64,000 bases of DNA from a virus. Taxonomy: Duplodnaviria > Heunggongvirae > Uroviricota > Caudoviricetes. Both the position numbers and the translations under genes were made by a program. Below the pieces are notes generated by a model. It was not told where the DNA came from and did no database searches. It saw only the letters and a program-made list of their open reading frames with translations. This document shows positions 21,420-29,910 of the stretch, in pieces (positions within the stretch are counted from its first letter, which is position 1; the number at the start of each line of letters is the position of its first letter). The DNA lies in IMG/VR virus record IMGVR_UViG_3300013307_000015; one strand, written 5' to 3'.

Positions 21420-22145
21420 ATGGATCCGAAGAAGCTGGTTCATGACGCCTTCAAGGTCAAGTCGCATCTGAGAGAAACCTCTGATGAGAAGTTGGTGGCA
21501 GTCAAACCGGTGAAGATTTACATTCCGAGCCGGTTTGCTGAACGCAATCTGGCCAGTGTGGGTATCGAAACTCACATCTGCGGGATTGCCGGTTTGGTAG
21601 TGGAAGATCGCTACTACGCTCTGTTTCTGGTGAATGCCATGATGCGGATCGAACCGACCAGCACGCTCAAGATCATGGTAGGCGATGAAGAGTATTACGA
21701 GTTCTCATTCGAGGCTGGTGCGACTGTTCTGCCTTCCGTGCAGCTTGTGAAAACCGATACCTTGGTATTCCGCATCTATGACGAGTTTATCGCCAAAGGT
21801 CGAGTGCCGTGGTACATGGGTTACGACGAGTTGGGCAAGCTCTTCGATACGGCAAAAACCTTTGCGGGTGCCAACATCGGTCAGAACCATGAAGTGACGG
21901 AATTGCTCGTTTCGATGATTGCACGAGATCCGGAGGATCGGACCAAGTACTATCGTCAGACGGTCAAGAGTTTGGGGGATTTGGTCTCGCGTCCTCCGAC
22001 GATCATTCCGTTGCGCAGTGTGCAGTATTCGGCAACTAACACCGTGAATAAGTTGGCGGGTTCCTATTGGAACGACGCGTTGACTTCTGCACTGGTGTCG
22101 CCGGGCGAGCGGACCGAGCGTATTGAAGCATTGCTCAGGACATAA
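21420..22145 (+). CDS. virion RNA polymerase beta-prime C-terminal subunit (phiKZ gp176-like)
   Basis: 241 aa directly upstream of the prohead protease; GGAGG RBS; C-terminal region resembles the beta-prime C-terminus; assignment mainly by synteny. Confidence 0.65.
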   Translation: MDPKKLVHDAFKVKSHLRETSDEKLVAVKPVKIYIPSRFAERNLASVGIETHICGIAGLVVEDRYYALFLVNAMMRIEPTSTLKIMVGDEEYYEFSFEAGATVLPSVQLVKTDTLVFRIYDEFIAKGRVPWYMGYDELGKLFDTAKTFAGANIGQNHEVTELLVSMIARDPEDRTKYYRQTVKSLGDLVSRPPTIIPLRSVQYSATNTVNKLAGSYWNDALTSALVSPGERTERIEALLRT

Positions 22146-22155
22146 GGACAAGATC

Positions 22156-22920
22156 ATGGCGTTGAATTCGGCACGCTATGCCTGCACGTCTCTCATGGGG
22201 ACGAACAAGGCTGGGATGCTCAAATCTGACACCAACGGCTACCGGCCGATGGTTGTGGGGGCACTCAACATGTTCAACTCGTCGGGTGAGTTTTACACCC
22301 ACGAGCAGGCAAAGGCGCTATTCGACGGTTCGAGTCAGTTCCAACGTCGCGTTCAACGTGGAGTGTTGAAAGGCGAATACGGACACCCGAAATTCGAACC
22401 GGGCATGCGGGGCGATCAGTTCCTGCAACGCGTCCTGACCATCGATGAAGACAAGATCTGCTGCCACTTCCGGGAGATCTGGTTGGAGTCGAATGCGGTC
22501 AAGGACAAAGACGGCAAAGCAGTCGTGGCCATCATGGCATGGGTGAAACCGTCGGGTCCGTACGGTGGCTATCTGCGGGAGTCGCTGGAGAACCCGGACG
22601 AGAACGTTTGCTTCTCGATTCGTGCCTTCACCGACGACCGTTATGTGGGTGGCGTGAAGCAACGCACCCTCAAACAGATCGTCACGTTCGACTACGTGCT
22701 CGAACCGGGCATGGCAGTGGCTGAGAAGTACAAGGCTCCTGCGCTCGAATCGTTCAAGGAAGACGGCCTTGTCGTCGGCCGGGCTGATGTCGAGAACATC
22801 ATCCAGTTGGGCGAGAAGTCGCCCGTTGCGATGGAGTCGTCGAACTTGGCGACGGACCTGCTCAAGGTCATGGGCTGGAATCTGCCCAAGGGCGTCACGC
22901 CTATCTTTACCCGCTGGTAA
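22156..22920 (+). CDS. prohead protease (phiKZ gp175-like)
   Basis: GEYGHP (His), FSIR (Ser) and TFDYV (Asp) motifs; C-terminal ALES/AMES autocleavage-type sites. Confidence 0.9.
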   Translation: MALNSARYACTSLMGTNKAGMLKSDTNGYRPMVVGALNMFNSSGEFYTHEQAKALFDGSSQFQRRVQRGVLKGEYGHPKFEPGMRGDQFLQRVLTIDEDKICCHFREIWLESNAVKDKDGKAVVAIMAWVKPSGPYGGYLRESLENPDENVCFSIRAFTDDRYVGGVKQRTLKQIVTFDYVLEPGMAVAEKYKAPALESFKEDGLVVGRADVENIIQLGEKSPVAMESSNLATDLLKVMGWNLPKGVTPIFTRW

Positions 22921-22927
22921 GGTGCAG

Positions 22928-22961
22928 GCTCCCCGTGGGAATTCCCACGGGGGCTTATGCC
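22928..22961 (+). terminator. hairpin plus TTATGCC
   Basis: CCCCGTGGG-AATT-CCCACGGGG followed by TTATGCC. Confidence 0.7.
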
Positions 22962-22982
22962 CTCGATTCAAAGAAATCTCGA

Positions 22983-22993
22983 TCACATATCAC
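22983..22993 (+). promoter_or_regulatory. putative early promoter (TCACATATCAC)
   Basis: Copy of the five-member motif, upstream of ORF 23096. Confidence 0.6.
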
Positions 22994-23095
22994 TCTCTTG
23001 AACAATCGCAGCATTGTAAATTTATCAAGCTGCTGGTTGCTATAGTCTAAGCTATTCCGGCTTGGATACCCTTCCCATAAACTCTGAGATAACTC

Positions 23096-23791
23096 ATGGA
23101 AGCTAAAGCGCAATCATTGCTGATTGTTGCAGGTATCGAGTACCATCTGGATCGGGTGCTTCAATTGGCAAAGACCATGCCTCCGATCGAGGCCAAGACG
23201 GCGGACTTCTTGCCGTTCGAAAACGCGAAGACGGTGGAAGTCAAACCGGCTGATCCGAAGTTGAACCACGGCGAGATCATCCTCTTCAAGCGAGAAGGAA
23301 AGTGGATCATCATTACGGGCCGCGAATCGGTCCGTAGAGCCGTTGAAACGGGCGCAGCAGGGTTCGGTGCCAGACTGCTCTCAGCGCAGGCTCTGAAGCG
23401 CTGTAAAGTGGATTGCTTCGTTCATCCCGATGATGGCAAACCGTCGGTAGTGGCTCCGCCGCCGTACGAAGCTCCGCCTCGCGACGATTATCGTAATGCG
23501 CCACGCATCGTCGATAAGCGCAAACCGATGTCGCCGACGTACGACCGTCCTTACAGCACGCCGTCAGTGCTGACCAAGGACGTGGCGCAGCACACGAAGA
23601 GTCCGAGCCATGGATTCTCCGGACAGCACGCCAAACGAGCATCCGATCCCGTTCAAGAACGCGCCCGTCGGATCATCGACAATGGTGGTATTCCAGCCGG
23701 AAAGATGGATGTGGTCGGTGCGCAACAACCGCGCGAGCACATTACGCGCACTCAGTTTGGTCCTCGTAAAACACGGTCAACTGACCGGTAA
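23096..23791 (+). CDS. hypothetical protein
   Basis: 231-aa ORF with a low-complexity, likely disordered C-terminal half. Confidence 0.7.
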   Translation: MEAKAQSLLIVAGIEYHLDRVLQLAKTMPPIEAKTADFLPFENAKTVEVKPADPKLNHGEIILFKREGKWIIITGRESVRRAVETGAAGFGARLLSAQALKRCKVDCFVHPDDGKPSVVAPPPYEAPPRDDYRNAPRIVDKRKPMSPTYDRPYSTPSVLTKDVAQHTKSPSHGFSGQHAKRASDPVQERARRIIDNGGIPAGKMDVVGAQQPREHITRTQFGPRKTRSTDR

Positions 23792-23874
23792 GTAATAACT
23801 TTTTGATGCAGTGCCCAAAGATTGTGACTGAGAACAGTCACATGTTCAACCTAAAGAAAGGAAGGTAGTTAATC

Positions 23875-24345
23875 ATGTCCGAAATCAGCAAAGAAACCCT
23901 CGATCTGTCCGCAGAGATCGGCAAGGCGCTCACGCTCGACGGCGAAGTCTTCGTGCCGGCCGAAGGCACCTACGAGAAAGCCATCACGGCACTCGTGCCG
24001 GACGCGCCGATGGAACTGCACGAACGCATCCAAGCTGCGAACAAGACGATCATGGCCGCCGGCATGCACGCAGTCGGCGTGAAGGGCATCGAGGCGATGG
24101 AGAAGGACCCGAGCCTGAACAAGGTCACGTGCGAACTGCCGACCATCGGCAAGGACACGTTCAACTTCTCGTTCGAGCGCAGCCGTCAGGTGCGCGCTTC
24201 GGCCCCCGGCGAGAAGGACACGACGATGAAGACCAAGTTCGGCATCGCCACGCTCGGCGTCGACATCTACGGCGCGGGCTCGCGCGGCGAAGTGCAAGCG
24301 GTCAAGACCTTCCTGTCCGACAAGGCGGCCGACGCGCTCAAGTGA
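23875..24345 (+). CDS. hypothetical protein, probably highly expressed
   Basis: AAGGAAGG RBS; very strong codon bias. Confidence 0.8.
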   Translation: MSEISKETLDLSAEIGKALTLDGEVFVPAEGTYEKAITALVPDAPMELHERIQAANKTIMAAGMHAVGVKGIEAMEKDPSLNKVTCELPTIGKDTFNFSFERSRQVRASAPGEKDTTMKTKFGIATLGVDIYGAGSRGEVQAVKTFLSDKAADALK

Positions 24346-24570
24346 GCTACCCGTCGAGAACTGGAGGACTTACCAGTCACAGTGCCTCCGGGCTCCGTCA
24401 CAGTTGAACGTGAGGAGCGAGCAATGAGGTTCTTCGCTGAACAGGCCGCCCGTGACTTGGCGGAAGAAGAAGGCGAAAACTGAGTTGTCACTGGTACACG
24501 TTTCGAAGGCGTGGGGGAGGGGCGAAAGCCTCTCCCTTATTTTTCCTTACTTTTTTTTGTGGGTATCGAG

Positions 24571-24798
24571 ATGACCGGACCGAGTGATGTGGAGAAAGAA
24601 CGGCTGAACCTTGACCTGCATCCGGCAGTCAAAGCCCAGCTTTTAGATTTGAAGGAGCGCACCAAAGCCGACAGCATGTCGGAAGTTGTTCGGCGAGCTA
24701 TCGAGCTTTACGATCTCGTCATGAGTACGCAAGAAAAGGGTGGCAAACTGATCATCAAAGAAAATCCCGGTTTCCCTCGCGAAATCAGAATCCTCTAA
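24571..24798 (+). CDS. ribbon-helix-helix (CopG-like) DNA-binding protein
   Basis: RLNLDL...LLDLKE...SMSEVVRRAIELY pattern. Confidence 0.7.
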   Translation: MTGPSDVEKERLNLDLHPAVKAQLLDLKERTKADSMSEVVRRAIELYDLVMSTQEKGGKLIIKENPGFPREIRIL

Positions 24799-24808
24799 TT
24801 TTTTTGTC

Positions 24809-25177
24809 ATGATCCACATCTGGACGATGCAACTCTCCAAATGGAGACTGGCGAATCGTGAAGGAATTCACATCCTGAACATCACCGCCAAATCAGGTCT
24901 CCAGTGCTTCGCTCCAGATAAGGAAAATCTCTGGGCGTATAAAGCTGGAGAAATGACTGAGGATGAATACACCCGTCGCTACTTGGAGAAGATGCGCCGG
25001 TGTTACGTGCAGTATCGCAATGAATGGAATCGGCTAGAGGGGATTGAGAAAATGGCGATCACCTGTTACTGTCCGGAAGGAGCGTATTGCCATCGCCATC
25101 TTTTCAAGGACTGCCTCACCAAGTACTTTCAAGCCAAAGCCATTGAGTACGAAGACCACGGAGAACTTACGACATGA
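24809..25177 (+). CDS. DUF488-like protein
   Basis: ITAKSG..FAP, Y...YLEKMR and CYC....CHRH motifs. Confidence 0.65.
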   Translation: MIHIWTMQLSKWRLANREGIHILNITAKSGLQCFAPDKENLWAYKAGEMTEDEYTRRYLEKMRRCYVQYRNEWNRLEGIEKMAITCYCPEGAYCHRHLFKDCLTKYFQAKAIEYEDHGELTT

Positions 25178-25584
25178 ATATTCAAGAGGTAATGACGCGC
25201 GTCAATGCAGCACTGGGTCCGCGCAAGATTGAATGCATTGGAATCGGCACAGCTGGATCCGGCCATGCCACCAAGCGCGTAGAAGCTAACACGGAAAGGA
25301 CCATCTTCGGTGTGATCTGGGTCAGCGAAGAACAAGAAGAACTGGCGAAGAAGCACGACTTCGTGTGGTTCATCGACATCATGGTGGTTCACGAAGGGCG
25401 ACTGGAAGATCGTCCGCCTGAAATACAGGCGCTGCCGGCGCAAATCAGCATCTACACTCACGATCCGAGACTGATCTTCGACGAATTGCTGGGCGCGTTA
25501 TCCTCGGACTGGAGTTACGATAAGCGATTTAAGACGCAACAGAAATGGTTTCATCCGGGCACCTATGAAAAGCCCAAGAAATAA
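25174..25584 (+). CDS. hypothetical protein
   Basis: 136-aa ORF with ATGA overlap. Confidence 0.7.
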   Translation: MNIQEVMTRVNAALGPRKIECIGIGTAGSGHATKRVEANTERTIFGVIWVSEEQEELAKKHDFVWFIDIMVVHEGRLEDRPPEIQALPAQISIYTHDPRLIFDELLGALSSDWSYDKRFKTQQKWFHPGTYEKPKK

Positions 25585-25589
25585 TTGAC

Positions 25590-25630
25590 GGCATATAGAG
25601 GGAGGGGCCGAAGCCCCTCCCGTCTATGCC
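25590..25630. terminator. bidirectional terminator-like element
   Basis: GGCATA...GGGAGGGGC-CGAA-GCCCCTCCC...TATGCC between convergent genes. Confidence 0.7.
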
Positions 25631-25647
25631 CTCGAAACCACCACTGG

Positions 25648-26511
25648 TTACTGCGGTACTGCGTTTGCGCCGAGATCGCGCACGCCTTGCGCGTAGCCAC
25701 GCGAAGCTGCCAGCACGTCGTTGTCGATCGACTGAACGAACGCTTGCTGACGCGCCGGGTTGGCACCGGTGAGGCTGATGCTGCTGAGGATCGACTGTGC
25801 GAACAGATCGACACCCAGACCGTACTGGAAGATCCCCGTGAAGTTGATGTCTTCCGTACGCGTTTCCTGCGCCACCGTGATGTCACGACGGCCAGTGATC
25901 GCACCCGTGCCCAGCGGGTAGATGTTCGTACCCAGCCAGGATTGCACGACCTTCTGGCCGCTCGGATCCGGTTCGATGAACAGCATCGTCATCGCGTACA
26001 TGTCCGCGAGCATGTCCGTCGGCGCAGCGCCGAGCGTGGCGATGTTGGCGAACTTGCTGTTCTCGTCCATGATCAGGTTGTTGATCCACGAACGGAAGAA
26101 CGCAGCCACCGGCATGCCGTACTTCTCGTTGAAACGCATCACGAGGTTCGACACTTCCATCTTCACGTCGGTCGGGTCTTGCTGACGCTGACCAGCGCCG
26201 CCGACCGGCGTTTCCGCCACGTCCACCGTCAGACCCGCGTTCAGACCCGTGATCGAGATCGCGTGCAGTTCCACGAGGGCACGCAGCGTCCGGATGTACG
26301 AGTCGCCGTTGGGCAACAGCTTGAAGCCACGCGGGGCTTCGACGAGAATCGGAATCAGGTTGTGTTGGACGTACTGCTGGTTGCTCACCCATTCGGCGAG
26401 CACCGGCGAATAACCCATCATCCCGCCGTATTGCAGGTCGAGCATCGGGTTCTGGTGACCGGACGCGTACGACGTGTCGGTCTGCAAGAGTGCATCGGTA
26501 ATGCGGCCCAT
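25648..26511 (-). CDS. tail tube protein (phiKZ gp30-like)
   Basis: 287 aa downstream of the sheath; EWVSNQQYV, EKYG and MLFIEPD motifs; AAGGA RBS. Confidence 0.85.
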   Translation of the reverse strand: MGRITDALLQTDTSYASGHQNPMLDLQYGGMMGYSPVLAEWVSNQQYVQHNLIPILVEAPRGFKLLPNGDSYIRTLRALVELHAISITGLNAGLTVDVAETPVGGAGQRQQDPTDVKMEVSNLVMRFNEKYGMPVAAFFRSWINNLIMDENSKFANIATLGAAPTDMLADMYAMTMLFIEPDPSGQKVVQSWLGTNIYPLGTGAITGRRDITVAQETRTEDINFTGIFQYGLGVDLFAQSILSSISLTGANPARQQAFVQSIDNDVLAASRGYAQGVRDLGANAVPQ

Positions 26512-26581
26512 TGCCTAGTCCTTTGATGAAGAATGAAGGAAGGGAAGCCGAAGCTTCCCCGCCAAGGTTGAGAACTGACGG

Positions 26582-28702
26582 TTAGGCCGTCGTCTGCGTG
26601 CTGTTCAGGTTCTGCTGAAGCTGCGACATGCGCAGCGTGTTGATCGTGACGGTACCGATCGTCTTCATGTTGTTCGCATAAAGGTTGATCACCGTCGTCC
26701 AGCTGAACCCGTTCTGGGCGTCACGACCCGTCACCGTGGTGACCGGCTCGATCACGACGCGGTTGTCGAAACGACCGCGCACTGCTTCCGAGATGAACTC
26801 GTTGACGCCGTCGCACAGCTGACCATCGGTCAGGCTCGATTCGCCCGAGAAGGCGATCCAGCTGCGGTAAGCGACCTTCTCCAGTTCGCACGCGATGAGC
26901 GCCGTGAAGTAGGAGTTGAGCACCGACGTGTCGTCGTTGTACACCGTCTTGAGCGCCGGGATGAAGAACGCTTTGCGGCTGTACGACTGCACCCACACCA
27001 GACCGGTTGCCCAATCCTTGGCACGTTGCGTGTACGGCGTGAACGTGACATTGATGCCGCTGAAGTACTGCACCACCGCAGCGTCGCCGTGATCGAAGTT
27101 CTTCGTGCTCTTCCACTTGCCGTTGCCCGCGCCCATGTACTGCGCGCTCTTGATCAGGATTTCGAGCGTGAGCGGCAGCGGCTTGGTCCACTGGCTGTTG
27201 ACCAGCGTACCCGAGCGACCGACGATCATCGCGCGCACCACCGGCGTGCCGTAGACTTCCGACTCCGGATAGAGCGAGACCATCGTCTTGAGCGAGAGCG
27301 CCACCGACGACTCTTGCGAGGCGGTCAGCTGCGGGCCGTTTGCGTCGAACGGCGACAGGATCAGGAACGTGTCCTTACGCGTCGAGATGAACGCACCGAG
27401 CTTCTTCTTCGTGTTGAGCGTGTAGCCCGTGTCGTAGAAGATGGACTCGGGGTGAGCCATCGGGTCTTGGATCGGATCGTTCGGATCCGCGTATTCCTGG
27501 ATCGCGTTGGCCACGTCCGTATCGAACGAAGCTGCCGACATCGTACCGTCACCGCCTGCGAGGGCGAAGAGGTTGGTGTTCTCCGACAAGCGCACTGCGT
27601 TCGCATCCGTCGTGTTGAAGACGAACGAATGGTACGGCACGCCTTGCGAGGACACACCGCTCACGAAGTTGAACAGGTTCTGCTCGTTCGCGGCGTTCGT
27701 GAAGTCGCTGAAGCCGTCGATGAACGGCACTTCGGCCGTGTAGAACGCTTCCACCAGCGTGGCGATCTGAGCGTCATAGCTGTGGAAACGGCCGAACGGA
27801 CCGTAGTTGTTCGGGAACGACGGGTCGTTCAGCGTCTGCCACGCGCTCGGCACGTTCACGCCAGCATAAAGCTGGGCGTCGGTGTTCTTGTCGATCACAC
27901 CCGGCACGAAGCACACGTCGACGTACTGGTCGCCCGAGGTCGTCGGGATGACAGCCGTGTTCGAATTGGTGTCCGGACGCGAAGCGAATTGCATGCGGAA
28001 CGGATAGACCAGTTCGTCCGTGAGGATACGCGGATCGAGCGGAATCGACGAGAGCAGCGTCGGTGCGAAGAAGCGCAGCGCTTGGTTGTTACCCCATGCG
28101 CCGAAGCTCGATGCATCGATGTCGAGGATCGGGTACTTCTTGGACTGCGTGCTCGTGGCCGTGTCCGTCTGGTCGCCGGCCGACTCCGTGCCTTGACCGA
28201 AGAGGTCATTGCCTTGGCTGTCGACACCGATCGGATCGACGACGAACTTCACCTTATAGCCTTGGACGGTTTTCGTGCCGTCTTGCTTCGGTTGGTTGTT
28301 GTCGTCCAGTTGGTACGAGCCGTCTGCGTTGCGCAGATACACCGGGATTGCGACCGGTCCCAGAACGTCCAGCGACAGGCGCAAAGCGGCTGCCTTCGGT
28401 GCGTCCGCCGGCTTCAGGCGGCGCAGGATGATCTGGTTCGCATTCGCCATCGCGAGATTCGCGGCGACGGTTGCGTGGGTGGCGTACTTGCTGCGCAGGT
28501 CGAACGTCTGCGAACCGTAGATTCGGGTGGCCGAATCGCCGATGACGAGCTGGTCGTCGAGCGGACCTTGCGCGGCGTACACGTAGAATTTCGGAAGATG
28601 GCTGGGAAGCTGTTCGGCAACGATTTGCGGGGTTGCCCCCGAAGAATCCTCGATACCTTGCAGATTCACATACGGTGCAGCATTCTGAAATTGCGCCTGC
28701 AT
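26582..28702 (-). CDS. contractile tail sheath protein (phiKZ gp29-like)
   Basis: About 706 aa from MQAQFQNAAP; HLPKFY, FYDTGY, YPESEVYGTPVVRA and GRFD motifs; strong codon bias. Confidence 0.9.
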   Translation of the reverse strand: MQAQFQNAAPYVNLQGIEDSSGATPQIVAEQLPSHLPKFYVYAAQGPLDDQLVIGDSATRIYGSQTFDLRSKYATHATVAANLAMANANQIILRRLKPADAPKAAALRLSLDVLGPVAIPVYLRNADGSYQLDDNNQPKQDGTKTVQGYKVKFVVDPIGVDSQGNDLFGQGTESAGDQTDTATSTQSKKYPILDIDASSFGAWGNNQALRFFAPTLLSSIPLDPRILTDELVYPFRMQFASRPDTNSNTAVIPTTSGDQYVDVCFVPGVIDKNTDAQLYAGVNVPSAWQTLNDPSFPNNYGPFGRFHSYDAQIATLVEAFYTAEVPFIDGFSDFTNAANEQNLFNFVSGVSSQGVPYHSFVFNTTDANAVRLSENTNLFALAGGDGTMSAASFDTDVANAIQEYADPNDPIQDPMAHPESIFYDTGYTLNTKKKLGAFISTRKDTFLILSPFDANGPQLTASQESSVALSLKTMVSLYPESEVYGTPVVRAMIVGRSGTLVNSQWTKPLPLTLEILIKSAQYMGAGNGKWKSTKNFDHGDAAVVQYFSGINVTFTPYTQRAKDWATGLVWVQSYSRKAFFIPALKTVYNDDTSVLNSYFTALIACELEKVAYRSWIAFSGESSLTDGQLCDGVNEFISEAVRGRFDNRVVIEPVTTVTGRDAQNGFSWTTVINLYANNMKTIGTVTINTLRMSQLQQNLNSTQTTA

Positions 28703-28896
28703 GATGTGTTCCTGAGTTAATGGTATAGTTTCGAAGGCGATGGCAAGCATCATACTTATTTGAAATTTTACCGGGATGCCTATTGGGGATTTCCGGGATG
28801 ATTTCTATAAAATTAGATGAAACTTGCCCTCGGGAAAAAAGATACACTAGCTCGATCACCGTCGGGCTCAAACAACCTCATTCAGGATGCCCTGCG

Positions 28897-29820
28897 ATGA
28901 TCTATAAAACTGCTTACGATACTTTCGTTTGCCAGCCCTTCGTGATGACGAAGGTACGGCATGCCCTGGATGCCGTGTATCACACTGGCCAGCTGCAAAA
29001 TATTCCTCGTTCCGGAGCGCTGCAATTGCAGGGCGGCTCGCCGCTGGCAAACGAGGTCCCTGCTTTTGCGCACCCGATTCAGATCGACAAAACGGTTGGT
29101 GCCCATGACGAGCCGCCGATCGTAGTGGATGTGCGTTCGTTCGGTAAGTACGACTCCCATGTGGGTGACTTTGTCATCCGCAACCGCACCGAGTACAGTT
29201 TTCAAGTGCTGCGGGCACGGCTGAACAACTGCTGGGTGAAAGACGCCCCGTCGCTGTTGCTCAACGTCGGGGCACTCGGCATGAAACTCTTCGCTGCGTG
29301 GATTGCGGAAAACGTGACGAAGAAGTTTTTATTGGACGCACGTGAAAAGCTCATGCTCCAAATCTACTCGGCGTTCTTCTACTGGAGTCTTTTCCAAGAC
29401 GACCACTCGATGAACGCCGTGCTCAAGCATCGCGCCATGGCCACGATCATGAAGTCGACGGGCCTCTCGGGCAAGGAAGTGGCCGAAGTTGTCGAACACT
29501 TCGAGAAACCCCTCACGGGTATCGAAGAGTTCTGCGCGCTCGCTCACGAAGTCGTGCGTTCGATCCGCCTGAAGGAGTTCAACGTCGGCGTGCTGTACGC
29601 AATCCTGAAGAGCACGTGGTTTGGTGTCAACAGCCAAGAAGTAGTGGCCGTTGCACTGGAACATCCGCCGACCTGGATCGCGATGATCTGCATGGCTTCA
29701 CAAGATCGTTCGTTCAAAAACTCCGCAGTCAATCGACTGCTGGAGAACCTCGATCGGCGTGACAAGGGTGTGAACTTCGCGCGAGCTGTTACCGTTGCTC
29801 TGGACGCAGCCCAGGCATGA
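28897..29820 (+). CDS. virion structural protein (phiKZ gp28-like)
   Basis: Divergent from the sheath; PAFAHP and VALEHPPTW motifs; synteny. Confidence 0.7.
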   Translation: MIYKTAYDTFVCQPFVMTKVRHALDAVYHTGQLQNIPRSGALQLQGGSPLANEVPAFAHPIQIDKTVGAHDEPPIVVDVRSFGKYDSHVGDFVIRNRTEYSFQVLRARLNNCWVKDAPSLLLNVGALGMKLFAAWIAENVTKKFLLDAREKLMLQIYSAFFYWSLFQDDHSMNAVLKHRAMATIMKSTGLSGKEVAEVVEHFEKPLTGIEEFCALAHEVVRSIRLKEFNVGVLYAILKSTWFGVNSQEVVAVALEHPPTWIAMICMASQDRSFKNSAVNRLLENLDRRDKGVNFARAVTVALDAAQA

Positions 29821-29910
29821 TCTCCACTAAGCGGTGAGGCACCTTCCATTTGAGGCCAAGCGGTTTCAAATGGGGTGCCTCGCTCGCTTATACGCAAAAC
29901 AGGGATATTC

